From positions 992,001 through 1,056,000 of the forward strand of contig CAVQHD010000001.1 in the NCBI GenBank assembly GCA_963712275.1: 64,000 nucleotides of DNA, given 5' to 3'. The translations under genes were made by a program, and so were the position numbers. The notes beneath the pieces are model-generated. The model ran no database searches and was not told the DNA's origin. It worked only from the letters and a program-made list of their open reading frames with translations. Of this stretch, positions 60,379 through 64,000 are shown piece after piece; within the stretch, counting starts at the first letter, position 1; every line of letters starts with the position of its first letter. The stretch comes from an uncultured Rhabdochlamydiaceae bacterium. GTDB taxonomy: Bacteria > Chlamydiota > Chlamydiia > Chlamydiales > Rhabdochlamydiaceae.

Positions 60379-63361
60379 TCAAAGCTTCCAACGCAGACGT
60401 GATATCTTTTTGAGGCGGCATTTTAAGGTAAGCATTAACAACTCTCCAGAGAACTCCCACAGAGTGGTACGGTTTTTTCGTCAAATCTAGTAAGTCGGAG
60501 ACATAGCTCAAAACTTGCTTAACGATAAATGGTTCAGCAATAGGTTGGACAGCTTGCCCTACCGTTTGCAGAACTGTTGGATCACCCTTCAGGGGTGCAA
60601 CGATTTTGCTGATATCAGGGTTTTCAAGAGTCTTAGACCACGCAGTAATAGGCTCTAGCTCCTTTTTGAGTTCTTTGATTTTTTCAGTTATTTGTGTTGA
60701 TATGTTGGTAATTTCCGTAGCTAAATCGGTAATGGTCTTCTCTAAAGCTGTTTTAAACTCTTTAAGATTTGCTTGGTAAAGGGCTTTTGATGCGGTATTA
60801 GCTGCCAATTGACCATATTGCGTTGTAGAACTTAGAAATGTCTCCAGCTCTTTCTGAAATGCAGGACTTAAGTTAGCTTTTTGACTCTCTAGTATTTTAA
60901 GCGCGGATAGAATTTGAGGCGTTGTCAGAGAGTCTTGATTTAAAAATGTGGATTTTTCTTGGAGAAACGTTTTTTTCTTTTCCATCTCGACTGTTCTAGC
61001 GTGGAGTGTTTTGATTTCTTCGAACTTCTGACGAAAGGGTTTAGTTGCTGTTTCAAACATTGTTCCGATGTCTGTGATGAATTTGATCAAGGAAGTGTCA
61101 TTCCGACCGCGGAAATTGCGAATTAAATGCGTGACTTTAGATGAAAGTTTGATCCATAGACGATCTAAATTTAAAATTGTTTTCTCAGTCGTCTCCCCAC
61201 AGCTCTTGATAAAATCTTGGCTTATTTGAAAGAGATCCTCAAGATCTGCTTTTACTTCATTTTGAAATGTTTGCGAAGGGTTTAAGACTGCTTGGACAGC
61301 GTGTTGAACAGCATCTTCCCCCACTTTTTTAAGATTTTCCATCATCAAGGTTTCCGTTCCTTTCATTTCTCCGTCAGAAATTTTCTGTGCTGAGGTTGTC
61401 AGGCCGGTTGTGAGGCGATCAAGGGTATCCCATATGAATCCAGGGAGCAAATTGTCTTGGAGAAAGCCTTCTACAACTTTTAAGATTTCAATTGAAGCTA
61501 AAGGAGCCACTGCGCTTACAGTTTCTTGGTGGATCGTATTTTTAAAGGAAGACTCGTCATTAATAAATTGGTTATGGGTACGAGGGGATTTCATTGCGCG
61601 CTGAAAATGGATGGTTGCGAGAATTTCCTCTACAATGTCTGCGAGTTGTTTTTGTTGGTGTTCGGAAGATATTAAAGGTTTTAGGTGGGGTGCAGAAGGA
61701 GCATTTTGAGGATTAAATTGCTCCAATTTTTGCAGAATAAACTTATTCACCATATGTCGATGCTGAGAATGAACGTCTAAGACTGTTTGGGTGGATTTAA
61801 AGACCTTCGGCAAAATAACCCATTTAAGAATGGTTTTGAGCGTCCCATTCCAAGCAAAGCTAAACAGCTTTAGAAGGACTTCAGGAACATAAGCGCACCC
61901 AATCAAAACGCTTTTGATGATTGAAAACAGTTTATTGATTCCCTTGAATCGTGTCGTGGGTAAAACCTTATTATCGAAGAAATCTCTTGCTCGGGGAATG
62001 CAAGAAAAAGTTGGAATATATTTTTCCATGAGCATTCCAGCAAGGCCATGAATCAAATCGGTGGGTAGCTTTTTACTCACCCTCAGGCTTTCAAAGTGTT
62101 CTATAATTTCATCATCAGACGTTGGAAATTGACCCTTTGGCAATGCCAAAATATAATCCTGAAAAGCAATGAGATGGGCTTTTAATGGGTTGAAGACGAC
62201 TTTAAATAAATCGTCCAGTTGTTCATTAGGGGATTTTAAGAGAAAATTCATGAGATCGTTTTTCAATTGGCTGACAGCATGGTTGATATAGAATTTCAAG
62301 ACACGGGAAGTGACAGTTAAGTGGAGTTCAAGAATGATTTTATTGCCAGTCCATTTCATTCTTAAAGCGTCTTCAAAAGTCTCTTCGAGAGTCTTGGTTG
62401 GGTTTGTTTCTCTCAATCTTTCTGCTGTGGACAGAAGTTCTGGAAAAATATCTTCATTTTTATTACCCCAGAAGATAACGTTTGTCAGAGCCATTTTTAT
62501 AGCGAGGCTTTGCAGCTTTGTGAGTTGGGATTTGATTTCTGAAATTGGTTCCTTAGGCACTTCTTTTGCGACTTCACGCTGAATCATGCGCAGTTGGAGC
62601 TGTCGTTCAAGCGCTTGGGCTTCATCTTTCTTTGCTTTTAAAACAGGGTCATCCTTTGAGAGGTTCATCCATTTGCTAACCAAAGGGAAAAGTTGTGTGT
62701 CTGCCAACTTCTTTCCTATTTGACCCCATCCCATTTGCAGATCGCAAAGGTGGGAGACTGTCGTAAGGACTTCCTGGATGAGAGTTGGATCTATGGGGTG
62801 TTCTTCTGCTAAGGCGACTCTTAATTTCTCAATATTGTCTTGTTCAGATTGAGGCAATTTTATGGGCTTGCCATATCTATCGTTTTTAAAAATGTCTTCT
62901 TTGTCATCTTTAATTTCTTGAAGGCAAGAATTTAGTTTCTTTCTGTCCGCTAAAGAAAGCTGTTCGTTGCTTTGCAATGAGTTCAAGAGTTCAACTGCCC
63001 GAGTTAACTTAGGATGAGCTGTTTTGAATTGCTTTTCGAAAAATTGGTTAACCTTTTTTACTGTTTCATCAACAGTTATAACTGCCTCCGCAAAAACTTC
63101 GAGAGCATAATTCATTCTCGTTGCGGGATTCCATCCTGATGGGGGTTGTTTACGGGAATTCGCTGTCTTTTCAGGCTCTGGTTGATTAGAAGTAGCTAGT
63201 TGATTAGAAGTAGAAGGTGCCCAAAATGATTCCCACCAATTTTTTGGTTGGGAAGTGTCGCTGCTAGAAGCATCAAAGTACTCATCATCAGCATCGCTCC
63301 GGGTAGGAGAAGTGATAGGAGGTTCATTTACAATGGGAGGTTTATTTACGTGCGTAGCCAT
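60368..63361 (-). CDS. large hypothetical protein, candidate secreted effector
   Basis: 997 aa; P/S/T-rich disordered N-terminus, DADDEYFDASS, C-terminal coiled coil, AT-rich upstream region. Confidence 0.75.
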   Translation of the reverse strand: MATHVNKPPIVNEPPITSPTRSDADDEYFDASSSDTSQPKNWWESFWAPSTSNQLATSNQPEPEKTANSRKQPPSGWNPATRMNYALEVFAEAVITVDETVKKVNQFFEKQFKTAHPKLTRAVELLNSLQSNEQLSLADRKKLNSCLQEIKDDKEDIFKNDRYGKPIKLPQSEQDNIEKLRVALAEEHPIDPTLIQEVLTTVSHLCDLQMGWGQIGKKLADTQLFPLVSKWMNLSKDDPVLKAKKDEAQALERQLQLRMIQREVAKEVPKEPISEIKSQLTKLQSLAIKMALTNVIFWGNKNEDIFPELLSTAERLRETNPTKTLEETFEDALRMKWTGNKIILELHLTVTSRVLKFYINHAVSQLKNDLMNFLLKSPNEQLDDLFKVVFNPLKAHLIAFQDYILALPKGQFPTSDDEIIEHFESLRVSKKLPTDLIHGLAGMLMEKYIPTFSCIPRARDFFDNKVLPTTRFKGINKLFSIIKSVLIGCAYVPEVLLKLFSFAWNGTLKTILKWVILPKVFKSTQTVLDVHSQHRHMVNKFILQKLEQFNPQNAPSAPHLKPLISSEHQQKQLADIVEEILATIHFQRAMKSPRTHNQFINDESSFKNTIHQETVSAVAPLASIEILKVVEGFLQDNLLPGFIWDTLDRLTTGLTTSAQKISDGEMKGTETLMMENLKKVGEDAVQHAVQAVLNPSQTFQNEVKADLEDLFQISQDFIKSCGETTEKTILNLDRLWIKLSSKVTHLIRNFRGRNDTSLIKFITDIGTMFETATKPFRQKFEEIKTLHARTVEMEKKKTFLQEKSTFLNQDSLTTPQILSALKILESQKANLSPAFQKELETFLSSTTQYGQLAANTASKALYQANLKEFKTALEKTITDLATEITNISTQITEKIKELKKELEPITAWSKTLENPDISKIVAPLKGDPTVLQTVGQAVQPIAEPFIVKQVLSYVSDLLDLTKKPYHSVGVLWRVVNAYLKMPPQKDITSALEALNGD

Positions 63362-63516
63362 TTTTCACCTATGTTTGGAACAAATTATATAAGAAATTTC
63401 ATAAAAAATCGATACAATTTTTTTATTTTAGCAAAGATAAAAAAATTTTATGATATTTGCGGCTTCTTTGCAAATAATGAGTATCATGCTATGGTGATCC
63501 GAATCGTTAGAGGCTC

Positions 63517-64000
63517 ATGAAGAAAAACGTTTTCATCCTTATTGCGCTTTTCCTTCCCTTTTTCTTGGAAGCAGGGGAGGACAACTGGGCATTAAATAAT
63601 TCGTTTACAGTGACGGGCGATTTTGCTTACTTCAAGAGGGAGCTGTCGCATAAACATAAATTGATTCTTGATTCGGCTAAGCGGACGTGTAATTGCCGCT
63701 TTCCGAGCTGCAACTCGGAGGCCTTGGTTCGTCAGTTCGACTTTGAACCGGGGTTTAAGGTAGGGGCGAGCTACATGACGCGGCATACGATCTGGGACCT
63801 CTCGTACCTTTGGCTGGACTCCTGGGAAGGGCGTTGCTCTAAAGTCAGCCCTGGAATGCTACTCTTTTCAGTGAAAAACCCAAATTTGACCTTTGATTTT
63901 TCTGGAGCAGATCAAGCGGAGGCTGAATATAGCTCCCAATTTCAAAACTGCGAGCTTAACTTCTATCGGTATGAAACCCTTCGATATGCGAATTATTTTG
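63517..64000 (+). CDS. partial outer-membrane porin-like (MOMP/Lpg1974-like) protein
   Basis: open from ATG 63517 to window end (absent from ORF track); signal peptide, GDFAYFKR, FDFEPGFKVG. Confidence 0.65.
   Translation, partial: MKKNVFILIALFLPFFLEAGEDNWALNNSFTVTGDFAYFKRELSHKHKLILDSAKRTCNCRFPSCNSEALVRQFDFEPGFKVGASYMTRHTIWDLSYLWLDSWEGRCSKVSPGMLLFSVKNPNLTFDFSGADQAEAEYSSQFQNCELNFYRYETLRYANYF

Overview
64 kb of a bacterial chromosome. Gene content, synteny and sequence style point to an environmental member of the Chlamydiota (inference). Core blocks: oppBC; rimO-rlmI; infA-tRNA(Thr)-tuf-tRNA(Trp)-secE-nusG-rplKAJL-rpoBC; tal; fabH-fabD-fabG-acpP; potABCD; trxB; acpS; rlmH/lgt; ridA; ssb-pepA. 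Interspersed accessory genes: two F-box-LRR effector candidates, two inverse-autotransporter-like adhesins, a Gly-rich autotransporter, an AlbA_2/Schlafen-HATPase-wHTH gene, a Fic-wHTH gene, a decayed vapBC pair, and a large protein with an FFAT-like motif. Main signals not explained by the ORF track: (1) a dispersed set of long palindromic MITE/RPE-like elements with related termini; one is inserted in frame into the essential fabD gene (+65 codons, TAAA duplicated) and others supply stop codons to neighbouring genes; (2) an IS1634-family element flanked by a 415-bp direct duplication that leaves both target genes intact; (3) geometric operator-like arrays, some orphaned; (4) two divergent genes sharing one CATG as start codons. 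All calls were made by eye; no database search was run.
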